DNA of 64,000 nucleotides from Candidatus Poribacteria bacterium (GTDB lineage Bacteria; Poribacteria; WGA-4E; WGA-3G): NCBI GenBank assembly GCA_028820635.1, contig JAPPIG010000116.1, positions 6,041 to 70,040 of the forward strand, read 5' to 3'. Shown piece by piece: positions 27,324 to 36,998 of this stretch (position 1 is its first letter; each line of letters starts with the position of its first letter). The notes under the pieces were generated by a model. It saw only the letters and a program-made list of their open reading frames with translations, ran no database searches and was not told where the DNA came from. The position numbers and the translations under genes were made by a program.

Positions 27324-28671
27324 TAAAAAAATCCTTATAGAGTGCTTGAACTGCTGTATCCATATCTGTTGACTTTACGCCGAACATCATGCTAACTTCA
27401 TTAGAGCCTTGGTTGATCATCTCTATATTGACGTTTGCACCTGCTAATGCTCCCGTCGCTCGTGAGGCAATGCCAACAGTATGCCGCATGCCCTCACCGA
27501 CAACCATAATGAGAGATAGATCACGTTCTACAAAAACATCTTCTGGTGCGAGTGTTTGCCGAATCTTTTCAATTACTCTCTTCTCTTTATCCGCTGGTAG
27601 GTTTTCTTCGCGAAGGATGACAGACATATTGTCTATACCAGAGGGGATATGTTCAAAAGAGATATTTTCACCTTCCAAAATCTGTAGCAGCCGTCTACCA
27701 AACCCGACTTGTCGATTCATCAGATATTTGCTGAGGTAGACACAACAGACATCGCTCATGGCGGCGATACCGACAACAGGCATTTCGCTTGAAGTGCGGT
27801 GTGGAACAATTAAGGTGCCTTTTGCTTTAGGGTTGTTCGTATTTCGGATGTGGACAGGCACCATCGCGCGATACACGGGTTCAAGTGCCTCATCGTGAAA
27901 TACGGAAAAACCGGCGTAAGAGAGTTCACGCATCTCGCGGTAGGTTAGTTCCGAAATTGGGGCGGGATTCGATACAATTGACGGATTTGCAGCAAACACT
28001 GAGTCTACATCTGTGAAATTCTCATAGACTTCTGCCCGAACCGCACTGGCAAGAATAGCACCTGTAATATCCGAACCGCCGCGAGAGAAGGTAACGATAT
28101 GACCATCTTTGGAATAACCGAAAAATCCTGGAAAAATCGTGATGCCAGGACGTTCGCTTAGACTTCGCAAGCGATTATATGCTTCTGGCAGAACCTGCGC
28201 TTTGCCAGGTTCATCTGAAAGTAGTAAACCCGCATCTTTCGGGTTTACATAGTGTGCTTCTACACCCCGTGCTTGCAGCACCTGTGCTATGAGACGAGCA
28301 CAATTATCTTCTCCACCTGCTTTCATCGTATCCATGTAGAGATCTGCATCGTCTGTACTGTTTTCAAGACGTTCTGTTAAGTCGTGAGCAATTGGGTCAA
28401 CGACCTCATCAGGGAGTTCCAACTCAGAAGCGATATTCCGATAACGTTCGATAGCCTCAGCACATTCCGAAGCACCGATTTTTCCCATCAGTCGTTCCGA
28501 CGCTGCTGCGATTAGCAGATCGGTTACTTTTATATCTTCACTGTGACGTTTGCCGGGTGCCGACACAACAATTAATCGCCGTGCTGAGTCGGCAGTAATT
28601 ATGTCGCAAACTTGACGAACCTGCTCTGCTGTCGCGAGGGAACTCCCCCCAAACTTTGATACTTTTAACAA
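27298..28671 (-). CDS. lysC: Aspartate kinase
   Basis: KFGGSSLA, VVSAPGKR, TFSRGGSDITG, TDVD, C-terminal ACT domains. Confidence 0.93.
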   Translation of the reverse strand: MLKVSKFGGSSLATAEQVRQVCDIITADSARRLIVVSAPGKRHSEDIKVTDLLIAAASERLMGKIGASECAEAIERYRNIASELELPDEVVDPIAHDLTERLENSTDDADLYMDTMKAGGEDNCARLIAQVLQARGVEAHYVNPKDAGLLLSDEPGKAQVLPEAYNRLRSLSERPGITIFPGFFGYSKDGHIVTFSRGGSDITGAILASAVRAEVYENFTDVDSVFAANPSIVSNPAPISELTYREMRELSYAGFSVFHDEALEPVYRAMVPVHIRNTNNPKAKGTLIVPHRTSSEMPVVGIAAMSDVCCVYLSKYLMNRQVGFGRRLLQILEGENISFEHIPSGIDNMSVILREENLPADKEKRVIEKIRQTLAPEDVFVERDLSLIMVVGEGMRHTVGIASRATGALAGANVNIEMINQGSNEVSMMFGVKSTDMDTAVQALYKDFFNGSRSSSS

Positions 28672-28753
28672 TCCAAAACCTCCAATCCAATATTGTATGT
28701 TCGTAACAATTATACCACAGTTCTATTTTATAGTAAAACTCAAAAACCTGAAC

Positions 28754-29023
28754 CAGGGTTATTTAGTTTTAAGAATTATCGGTTAATAGATTTTACTGAG
28801 AGTTTATATCGTAGGTCGGGTAGAGCGAAGCTAAACCCGACATGATCGCACTGCCATGCTGAGATTGTCGGGTTTCGCTTCGCTCTACCCGCTGAATCAT
28901 GCAGAATGCCAAAAGCGCATTCTGCTAAAGGCATTCATAGCGTTGATTTGGACCTACAATGCGACTATAGCAAATAATGTTTGTAATAAAATACACAGAA
29001 TAACCGAAAACTAAATAACCCTG
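28754..29023. mobile_element. MITE (copy 1) with 17-bp TIR and 9-bp TSD carrying a REP doublet
   Basis: Perfect TIR CAGGGTTATTTAGTTTT; flanks AACCTGAAC / AACTTGAAC; homologous to 62987-63232. Confidence 0.9.
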
Positions 29024-29039
29024 AACTTGAACCCTTTGG

Positions 29040-29196
29040 TTAGATGCGACTTCCTAACCGCACCATAGATGTCAATTTAGTGGTGCGCCATCCCGGTAGG
29101 CGCGTTTTGTAAACGCGCCTACCGAGGGTGCGTAATAAATCGAGCTTACAAGGTTTCCCTCCAACAAGAGTGCTGCGTGACAATTGAATGGCTCTC
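29040..29196. repeat. Cluster of REP palindromes and solo MITE ends
   Basis: GATGCGACTTCCTAACCGCAC; CATAGATGTCAATTTAG (cf. 47700); GTAGGCGCG..CGCGCCTAC 29096-29122; CTTACAAGG..CCCTCCAACAAG (cf. 47727); GACAATTGAATGGCTCT (cf. 42363). Confidence 0.75.
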
Positions 29197-29220
29197 AGAA
29201 GATTAGGATTTAGATTTTAG

Positions 29221-29249
29221 TTGCAATTGCCGCGTAGATGTGTTAAAAT
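29221..29249 (+). promoter_or_regulatory. Putative sigma-70 promoter for the HNH-rnpA-yidD-yidC region
   Basis: TTGCAA-N17-TAAAAT with extended -10 TG; AGGAGG RBS before GTG 29296. Confidence 0.55.
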
Positions 29250-29295
29250 ACTATTTGACTAAAATCAGAATACTTGCTTGTAGGAGGACAGGCGA

Positions 29296-29808
29296 GTGGA
29301 AGTACCTGTTTTAGTGCTAAATGCCAGTTATGAAGCAATTAATGTTTGCAATCTCAGACGCGCTCTGAAGATGGTTTTTAAGGGAACCGCTCAGACAGAG
29401 GAAGTGTCTGAATCGGAAATACGGTCACCATCTGCTATTGTCAAAGTGCCGCATGTTATTCGCTTGGTGAATTACGTGCATGTGCCGCGCAGTGTTGTCA
29501 AGTTTTCCCGTAAGAATGTACTTGCGCGCGACCAACATGTATGTCAATACTGCCACCGAGAGTTTCCTGCTTCCCTGCTAACGCTTGACCACGTTATCCC
29601 AATTTCAAAGGGTGGCAAGACAACTTGGGATAATGTTGTGACCGCTTGTAAACGCTGTAACAATAACAAAGGCAATCAAATGCTTCATGAGACGCACTTC
29701 AAGTTGAAACGAATGCCGAAAACGCCTTCAATCTTAACGTATTTGCAACTCAACCGTCATTTTCGGGGTTACCATCCGTCTTGGAAAAAGTATCTTTATA
29801 TAAATTGA
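29296..29808 (+). CDS. HNH endonuclease (stand-alone VLVLNASYE family)
   Basis: RKNVLARD..CQYC, TLDHVIP.SKGG...W.NVVTAC..CN..KG. Confidence 0.92.
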   Translation: MEVPVLVLNASYEAINVCNLRRALKMVFKGTAQTEEVSESEIRSPSAIVKVPHVIRLVNYVHVPRSVVKFSRKNVLARDQHVCQYCHREFPASLLTLDHVIPISKGGKTTWDNVVTACKRCNNNKGNQMLHETHFKLKRMPKTPSILTYLQLNRHFRGYHPSWKKYLYIN

Positions 29809-29924
29809 AACTGAAAGACAGTTGTTTTGCTTATTCTTATTCGGTTATGTGTGTAAGCAGAAGATAAACCATTCAGAATTGCGCGAAGGAGAAGGTACTT
29901 TCAATCTGAATAAATCCTGAAGTT

Positions 29925-30287
29925 ATGCCGTATCAACCACATCCAGAAAGACTGAAGAAGACTTGGGAATTTCAGAGAGCATATAAAAAAGGGAAAAAGA
30001 ACTGGAATACTCACTTCGTTATCTACGTCTACCACACAGAATTCAGTCAGCCACGGTTAGGAATAACAGTCAGTAAAAAGGTAGGTGAGAGTGTTCAGAG
30101 GAACCGCGTGAAACGGCTTATTCGTGAAGCCTACCGCCTGCTTAAGCCTGAAGTTCTGCCACATTTTGATATTGTAGTTGTGGGTAGAAAAGCAGCCTTG
30201 CCCCTTTCAGGACAGCAAGCTGAAGAAAGTTTATACCAATTATTCTGCCGAGCATCAATCATGGTAACGAGAAAGACAGATTTATAG
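29925..30287 (+). CDS. rnpA: Ribonuclease P protein component
   Basis: RLGITVSKKVG..VQRNRVKRLIRE (RNR motif). Confidence 0.95.
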   Translation: MPYQPHPERLKKTWEFQRAYKKGKKNWNTHFVIYVYHTEFSQPRLGITVSKKVGESVQRNRVKRLIREAYRLLKPEVLPHFDIVVVGRKAALPLSGQQAEESLYQLFCRASIMVTRKTDL

Positions 30288-30399
30288 ATGTATTGGCAGC
30301 GTAAACCTCTGTAAAGATTGGAATATAGTCAAACAAATACCTATAAAAAGTTTGTTGGGTCAAAAACATCTCCTGCAAGTGAACGGTTTCTAAAAGAAA

Positions 30400-30609
30400 A
30401 TGAGCCGATTAATTCTCTACGCTATCCGCGGGTATCGCCGCTTTATCTCCCCACTTTTTCCTCCAACGTGTCGTTTCCATCCGACTTGTTCACACTACGC
30501 ACAACAGGCATTTGAGCGATATGGTACTTTCAAAGGCAGCTGGTTAACTTTAAAACGACTGGTAAAATGCCATCCTTACCATCCAGGGGGTTTTGACCCA
30601 CTTCAGTAA
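30400..30609 (+). CDS. yidD: Membrane protein insertion efficiency factor
   Basis: [16 protein letters not shown]...[12 protein letters not shown]. Confidence 0.96.
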   Translation: MSRLILYAIRGYRRFISPLFPPTCRFHPTCSHYAQQAFERYGTFKGSWLTLKRLVKCHPYHPGGFDPLQ

Positions 30610-30701
30610 CAAATAACATTCAACATAAATTGACATGTAGTGAATGGCGAGCCGTAAAAACCTCGCGCTATAAAACATGAAAGAGGAGCATCTAAATTTA
30701 A

Positions 30702-32564
30702 ATGGGATCCCGTTACATTCTCGCACTCGTTCTGATGATTGCTGTAATGATTGCATGGACTCTGATGTTTGGTAAACCCAAACCCCTTACCCCTGAACAG
30801 GACGACCCCGCAATAACCGAACAAACTCCGCCAAGTGACACAACTGATGGAATTGATCTTGGAGAAAAGGAAGAAGACTCCATTGATACAAACCCACTGA
30901 TGATGGTTCAGGAGAGTCCCGATGATCCGATGGTCCGCGTCAGAACATCTACTTACGACATTACTTTTAACGAAAAACTGGCAATAGCCAAAAAATGGGG
31001 ATTGATAGAAAAAAAAGAAAACGGGAGTCTTCGCTTTCCCGACAGATCAGACACGACTGAAGACGTGCCGTTGAATCTTATCCCTGAGACAGCACATGAC
31101 TGTCTTGAACTTCAGATTGGAAATTCGTATCTTCAGAATGAACTCAATTTACGGCACGCTTTATGGAAAGTAGATAAACCGGAAGGCATTCAACTATCAG
31201 ATACACAAGAGAAAGGAACACTTACCTTCACAACTACGATTGGCGAGCAATTACGAGTTGTCAAACGATTTACCTTTTACAACGATAGTTATACGGTAGA
31301 TTTGGACTTAACGTTCGAAAATGTTTCTGATGCTTCAGAACCTTTGGTAATCGGTGGCAATAATCCCGCGAATGGCTATGAACTACGTTGGGGACCAGGG
31401 ATTAATGCTGACCTACTCGTACACGAAAAAGAGACAGGTAAAGCAGGACGCCGTGGTTCCGAAGGTGCTAAAGCTTATATTGGTACAGGAAAACCTACAC
31501 GCGAACTCAAACAAGAAAATGCTTTAGTGACAGTACGCTGGGCAGGTATGAATAGTCAATATTTTAGTGCCATAATGATTCCTGACCCGCAACTTGAAGC
31601 TACCTATGCACTGGATGATAATGCAAAAGCAAATGAGTCAACAAATATCCTTGTGGCTGCACCTACTGAGACCGCCGTTTTGACAATCCCTCGTTTTCCA
31701 CTACCATCTCAGCAAAAGCAAACGCATGCTTTTCGTTTATACGTCGGACCAAAGGATGATACATTGTTGAAGCAGGTCACTGCTCCTAATGTGCCAGAAA
31801 CTCAAATTAACTTGTCTAAAGCCATTGACTTCGGATTTCTCGGTCCTGTGGTATGGGGAATGCTGTGGTTAGTAAAGGGGTTGCACAACATCTTTGGGAA
31901 TTACGGGTTAGCAATAATTCTTTTAACAGCATTAGTAAAGATAATTTCTTTTCCGCTTACCCGCAAAGCACATGTCTCTATGAAAAAGATGCAGGAACTG
32001 CAACCGCAATTGACTGAATTACGAGAAAAATTTCGGGACGACCCGCAAAAACTGAATAGAGCCACAATGCGTATTTATAAAGAAAATGGTGTGAACCCCT
32101 TGGGTGGCTGTATCCCTTGGCTTCCGCAACTCCCTATTTTCTGGGCACTCTACGGACTACTTGGGAGTGCTGTTGAATTCCGCGGTGCACCTTTCTTCTT
32201 GTGGATTAATGATCTTTCGGCACCAGATACATTGTTCAAACTCCCATTTACGATACCGCTTATCTTCATACAAATAGACTCTATCCGATTCTTACCGCTT
32301 CTGAATGGACTCACAGCATGGCTCCAGCAGAAATATGTCGGTGGAATGTCTGCTACACCCGCTACCAGTAATACACAGGCAAAAATCATGCAGTTTTTGC
32401 CGCTTATCTTCGTCTTTATGTTTTATAACTGGGCTTCGGGATTTGTGTTATACTGGTTATGTAATAGTGTCCTTACTGTAGCGCAACAACAAATACAAAC
32501 GAAATTTTTCCATGATGGCGAATCCGAAACACAGGAAAATACTCCAAAGCGCAAACCGAATTGA
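30702..32564 (+). CDS. yidC: Membrane protein insertase
   Basis: N-terminal TM, large periplasmic domain, GNYGLAII, VNPLGGC.P, WINDLSAPD, LYW. Confidence 0.96.
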   Translation: MGSRYILALVLMIAVMIAWTLMFGKPKPLTPEQDDPAITEQTPPSDTTDGIDLGEKEEDSIDTNPLMMVQESPDDPMVRVRTSTYDITFNEKLAIAKKWGLIEKKENGSLRFPDRSDTTEDVPLNLIPETAHDCLELQIGNSYLQNELNLRHALWKVDKPEGIQLSDTQEKGTLTFTTTIGEQLRVVKRFTFYNDSYTVDLDLTFENVSDASEPLVIGGNNPANGYELRWGPGINADLLVHEKETGKAGRRGSEGAKAYIGTGKPTRELKQENALVTVRWAGMNSQYFSAIMIPDPQLEATYALDDNAKANESTNILVAAPTETAVLTIPRFPLPSQQKQTHAFRLYVGPKDDTLLKQVTAPNVPETQINLSKAIDFGFLGPVVWGMLWLVKGLHNIFGNYGLAIILLTALVKIISFPLTRKAHVSMKKMQELQPQLTELREKFRDDPQKLNRATMRIYKENGVNPLGGCIPWLPQLPIFWALYGLLGSAVEFRGAPFFLWINDLSAPDTLFKLPFTIPLIFIQIDSIRFLPLLNGLTAWLQQKYVGGMSATPATSNTQAKIMQFLPLIFVFMFYNWASGFVLYWLCNSVLTVAQQQIQTKFFHDGESETQENTPKRKPN

Positions 32565-32674
32565 TATTTTTAGTTAATCTTGTTAAACTTTAGATAAACT
32601 TTTTATCAATTATTATCGTTTAAATTTCCCACTTATATGCGTGAATCTTCAACAGCACAAAGGAGTACTGCCAA

Positions 32675-33301
32675 TTGCAAAATTATATTGAAACTGAAGC
32701 GGAAACTGTCGAAGAGGCAATTGAAATTGCGCTCACACAACTTGAAACAACGCGTGAAGATGTCAACATCATAATCATAAACGAACCGACTAAAGGTATT
32801 TTGAGTTTTGGTGCGAAACCCGCAAAAATTCGTGCTACGCTAAAGGAAGATATTTCTACCGCACCAGAAACAGTTTTGAAGGAAATGCTCACGCGAATAG
32901 GTATTAACGGTGAAGTCGAATCTAACTTTATTGACGGAAGTTTGCACCTCAACATGGTTACCGATTCACCTGCACTTCTTATCGGAAAGCATGGACAGAC
33001 ACTTGATGCTATTGAACGTCTTCTTAATTGCATTGTCAACAAAAATGCACTCGCTAAGAAAAAGGTGTTCGTTAATACCGAAGGTTATCGTGAACGGAGA
33101 GAGCAAACGCTTGTAGACCTAGCACATCAAGTTGCTGCAAAAGTCAAACGGACGCGTCAAGATGTTGTTCTTGCCCCTATGTCTGCTAAAGACAGACGCG
33201 TGATCCATCTTGCCTTACAATCGGATGATAACGTTTCAACGTTTAGCCAAGGTGAAGGTGATATGCGTCGTATTGTTATTACAAGACAAGATAACTATTG
33301 A
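32675..33301 (+). CDS. jag: RNA-binding protein Jag/KhpB/EloR
   Basis: Jag_N (TVEEAI), KH (LIGKHGQTL), R3H (DRRVIH); synteny. Confidence 0.93.
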   Translation: MQNYIETEAETVEEAIEIALTQLETTREDVNIIIINEPTKGILSFGAKPAKIRATLKEDISTAPETVLKEMLTRIGINGEVESNFIDGSLHLNMVTDSPALLIGKHGQTLDAIERLLNCIVNKNALAKKKVFVNTEGYRERREQTLVDLAHQVAAKVKRTRQDVVLAPMSAKDRRVIHLALQSDDNVSTFSQGEGDMRRIVITRQDNY

Positions 33302-33379
33302 GCCAGAGAAATACGACCAAGTTGAGGAATATCAAATTACCAGTAACCTCATGCTGTACTGAAAAACGAGGGTTGCGAT

Positions 33380-34768
33380 ATGAAATTTGAGGATACTATC
33401 GCCGCCATCGCAACACCGCGCGGTGAAGGCGGTATCGGTATAGTACGCGTCAGTGGACCGCTGGCAATCCCAATCGCATCTCAGTTGTTTCGACCCTCAC
33501 GCGTTATCTCACCTGATGAACTCCCATCACATACACTTACACACGGACACGTTATAGATACATCAGCATCCGACGAGATCATTGATGAAGTGATGTTGGG
33601 TATTATGCGCGCCCCGAAAACGTATACCACCGAAGACACTATTGAATTTAACTGCCATGGCGGAATTGTTCCGCTAACAAATGTGTTAGCATTAGTGGTA
33701 AAGGCGGGGGCAAGGCTTGCCGAACCGGGCGAGTTTACAAAACGTGCTTTTCTTAATGGTCGACTTGACCTCACACAAGCTGAAGCAGTAGCAGAACTCA
33801 TCAGTTCAAAAACAGAACTTAGCCGAAAAATCGCAATTCAGGCACTTGAAGGCAAACTCTCTGAAAGTGTAAATCAACTCAGCGATACACTTGCGGCATT
33901 GCTCGCAGAAATTGAAGCCTCCATTGATTTCCCCGATGAAGACCTTGATTTTATGAAGGTTGAGGCGCAGCTTCAGACTGCCCGTACTGTTCAGACAGAT
34001 TTGACGCACTTACTCGAAACTGCTTCGGAAGGACGTTTAATCAAGGACGGTGTTAACGTCGCTATTTTGGGCAAACCAAACGTCGGAAAATCAAGCCTAT
34101 TCAATGCGCTTGTCCGCTCAGCACGCGCTATTGTCACAGATATTCCCGGCACGACGCGCGACACGATTGATGAAACCATAAATCTTGACGGTATACCTAT
34201 AAATCTGATTGACACTGCTGGACTGCGACAAACGGAGGATATTGTTGAACAACAAGGTGTTCAACGGAGTAGAGACGTTCTCAACAGAGCTGAATTTCTA
34301 CTCCTAATGTTTGACGCATCCCAACCCCTAAATGAAGCCGATATTGAACTTTTGCAGATAGCGAATTCACACCGCGCAATCCTGATTTTAAATAAAATTG
34401 ATCTTCCCGCCATCGTTCAACCACAGACTCTTACTAACCATTGTCCAGATGTTCGCATTGTTCAAACAGCAATTACTGAAGACAAAGGTATTGATGTGTT
34501 GAAAACTGCTATCCGAGAAGAATTGCTTGGTGAAGAATTCAATATAGGTGAATCTCCAATTGTTACGAATACTCGCCATCAAGATGCGCTAAGCCGTGCG
34601 CAAGAAGCACTTGATGATGTAATCACGAGTTTAGAAAACGAGATGCCACCTGATCTTGTTTCGGTTGATCTGCGTATTAGTCTTGATGCCCTCGGTGACA
34701 TCGTTGGGAAAACAACGACTGAGGATATTCTGGACCGAATTTTCTCACAGTTCTGTGTCGGCAAGTAA
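33380..34768 (+). CDS. mnmE: tRNA modification GTPase MnmE/TrmE
   Basis: DTIAAIATP, GKPNVGKSS, GTTRD, DTAG, NKID, terminal FCVGK. Confidence 0.97.
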   Translation: MKFEDTIAAIATPRGEGGIGIVRVSGPLAIPIASQLFRPSRVISPDELPSHTLTHGHVIDTSASDEIIDEVMLGIMRAPKTYTTEDTIEFNCHGGIVPLTNVLALVVKAGARLAEPGEFTKRAFLNGRLDLTQAEAVAELISSKTELSRKIAIQALEGKLSESVNQLSDTLAALLAEIEASIDFPDEDLDFMKVEAQLQTARTVQTDLTHLLETASEGRLIKDGVNVAILGKPNVGKSSLFNALVRSARAIVTDIPGTTRDTIDETINLDGIPINLIDTAGLRQTEDIVEQQGVQRSRDVLNRAEFLLLMFDASQPLNEADIELLQIANSHRAILILNKIDLPAIVQPQTLTNHCPDVRIVQTAITEDKGIDVLKTAIREELLGEEFNIGESPIVTNTRHQDALSRAQEALDDVITSLENEMPPDLVSVDLRISLDALGDIVGKTTTEDILDRIFSQFCVGK

Positions 34769-34817
34769 ACAAAGCCTCTTTGTAGCACGTTTGTCATGCT
34801 AATAGTGCTGTAGTATT

Positions 34818-34849
34818 GTAGGTCGGGTAGAGCGAAGCGACACCCGACA
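34818..34849 (+). repeat. Single GTAG-REP arm
   Basis: GTAGGTCGGGTAGAGCGAAGCGACACCCGACA, same family as 25411, 28811 and 63044. Confidence 0.8.
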
Positions 34850-35027
34850 TGAACTAAACTATGTGACAATTGTTTACACACCGATGAATCTGTTTTAACT
34901 GGACATACTTCGTGAGATGTGATATTATTTTACAATCACTTAAATGATAAACTGTTGCGCAGGTTATCTGTTCAACATGACAACTTGGGAAACGCCTAAT
35001 TTATCGTTTACCTAAAGGAGAGAATTA

Positions 35028-36236
35028 ATGTATAATTCTGTTTTTCACCGCTACTCTCCCTATGTAGTAGGACTCACCGTCCTCTTGCTTGTGACGGTAT
35101 CAATTCCCGTCCTTGCAGAAGGCGAAAAAGTCCAATGGGGAAAATCCATTGAGGATGCTACGAAACAAGCCGCTGAAACCGGTAAACCGATTATGATGGA
35201 CTTCTATACAGATTCGTGAGGTTGGTGTGATCGGCTGGATGCCGAAACATTCACTGATGCAAACGTCATCACTCTTTCTGAAAAGTTCATTACTGTCAAG
35301 GTAAATCCAAAAGACAAGGAACTGCCTATAAACGACGAAACGCGCAAAAAGTATGGAGTTACAGGCTATCCGACAATTTTATTCATCGGTCCGGATGGCG
35401 GTGTCATCACCAAGAAGGTGGGATACGCTCCACCTGAAGAATTTGCACCTGTGATGGAGGAAGCGCTAAAAAAAGAGATGGTATTCCAGGCAAAATTGGC
35501 AAAATTTAAGGAAATGCCTGATGATGTCACACTAAACCGTGAAATTGCTACACTCTATCTACAACGTCAACAGATTGAGAAAGCACTCCTGATTAGTGAG
35601 AAAATGCCCGATGATATTGAACTCAACCGCGAAATCGGCATCTATTATCTCGGGAAAAATGAAATTGAGAAAGCACTCCTGATTAGTGAGAAAATACCCG
35701 ATGATGTTGGACTCAACCGCGAAATCGGTACCTATTATCTCAGCAAGAAAGAATTTGAAAAGGCACTCCTGATTAGCGAAAAAATGCCCGATGATGTTAA
35801 GTTGAATAATCAATTTGCTATTGCCTATCTGGGCCAGAGACAATTAGAAAAAGCGCTCCCGTTCAGTAAAAAGGTCTTTGATAATGATCCTAAAAACACT
35901 TCGGGACTTCTTCCTACTTTACACATACAACTCGGAGTCGCTTATGGCAATCAAATTCGAGATAAAGCTGAAGATATTGCAGCAGAAAATACCAAAATGG
36001 CGTTGATGCACTTCCAAAAGGTGATTGACACCTATCCGAAAAGCGATGTTTACGAACTTGCTCAACTTTATCTTGGTGTAACCTATTCAATTTCAAAACA
36101 GTACGACAAATCAATTGAAGTGCTTGAGAAATTAGTAAACCATGCAACAGATGAGCGGGTGAAACTGAACGCTGAAGCGAACTTAAAACAAGTCAAGGAA
36201 TTGGCTGCGGAAGCAGAAGATAAGAGCGACAACTAA
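35028..36236 (+). CDS. Probable selenoprotein: secreted thioredoxin-fold (UGWC) + TPR-like repeats, 402 aa with TGA 35217-35219 read as Sec
   Basis: ORFs 35028..35219 and 35418..36236 share a frame; reading through gives KPIMMDFYTDS-U-GWCDRLDAETF...KYGVTGYPTILFI...VGYAPPEEF with no other stop. Confidence 0.85.
35216..35254 (+). promoter_or_regulatory. Putative bacterial SECIS element
   Basis: 11 nt after the TGA: TCGGC-TGGAT-GCCGA hairpin with G-containing loop; lower pairings GTGT/ACAT and GTGA/TCAC. Confidence 0.7.
35512..35871 (+). repeat. Four 90-bp (30-aa) intragenic tandem repeats
   Basis: (E/K)(M/I)PDD..LN.....YL....EKAL..S units starting 35512, 35602, 35692, 35782. Confidence 0.9.
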
Positions 36237-36979
36237 GTTTGCAATTGAGCAACTTCCGCGGGGGTCAAAAATCGATACTGCCCCTGCGGGAGATTGCCTA
36301 ATTCTAATTCCCCTATATGCGTCCGCTTCAACCGAATTACTCTGTGTCCTACCGCCTTAAACATCAAACGTATCTGTCGTTTTTTTCCTTCGTGGATAAT
36401 CACCTTAAATTTTGATAATGTTCCGTTCTTACCTGTTTTTTTCTTTGCGGTTGATGCCTGGGTGTGTTTCACATTTAACCGCTTGATTTTTGCTGGAGAT
36501 GTTGTTCCGCCAGGGATAGAGATGCCGTTACGTAAGCGATCAAGCGAGCGGTCGGTCGGAGTCCCGTTTACCCACGCAAGATATGTCTTATCAACCTCAT
36601 GGCTGGGATGCATCAACCGATTAGCAAAATTACCATCGTTTGTAAATAATAGCAATCCCTCAGTCTCTAAATCTAAACGCCCCACCGGATAAATGGATTC
36701 AGGTAGTTCCGTTAAAAGATCCATCACGGTAGGACGACCACGCTCATCACGACGCGTTGTCAAATAACCAGCAGGTTTATTCAACATCAGATAGATCCGT
36801 TCTGTGAGTGGCTCAACCTGTTTCCCTTCAAATTCAATACAATCCGACTCCACGTCAATCGGGTGGCCGGGAATAAGTATCTCTGTTCCGTTAACAGTGA
36901 CGCGTCCCTCACGAATTGCTCGTTTTACTGCACGTCGAGAGGCAATTCCTGAAGTAGCAATATATTTTTCAAGCCGCAC
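36233..36979 (-). CDS. rRNA pseudouridine synthase (RsuA/RluB family)
   Basis: S4 domain (GIASRR), LNKPAG, VGRLD.ETEGLLL.TNDG, EGKKRQIR.M. Confidence 0.93.
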   Translation of the reverse strand: MRLEKYIATSGIASRRAVKRAIREGRVTVNGTEILIPGHPIDVESDCIEFEGKQVEPLTERIYLMLNKPAGYLTTRRDERGRPTVMDLLTELPESIYPVGRLDLETEGLLLFTNDGNFANRLMHPSHEVDKTYLAWVNGTPTDRSLDRLRNGISIPGGTTSPAKIKRLNVKHTQASTAKKKTGKNGTLSKFKVIIHEGKKRQIRLMFKAVGHRVIRLKRTHIGELELGNLPQGQYRFLTPAEVAQLQT

Positions 36980-36998
36980 TGCGCAATCCCACCCATGA

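Noticed and set aside
28680-29925. Replication origin expected near rnpA-yidC-mnmE
   Set aside because: No dnaA/dnaN and no TTATCCACA box cluster seen by eye
35217-35219. TGA as Trp/Gly from an alternative genetic code, or a simple pseudogene
   Set aside because: TGA ends other genes normally (HNH, yidC, jag); the position matches a catalytic Cys and the rest of the frame is intact, so Sec is preferred, though a nonsense mutation is not fully excluded
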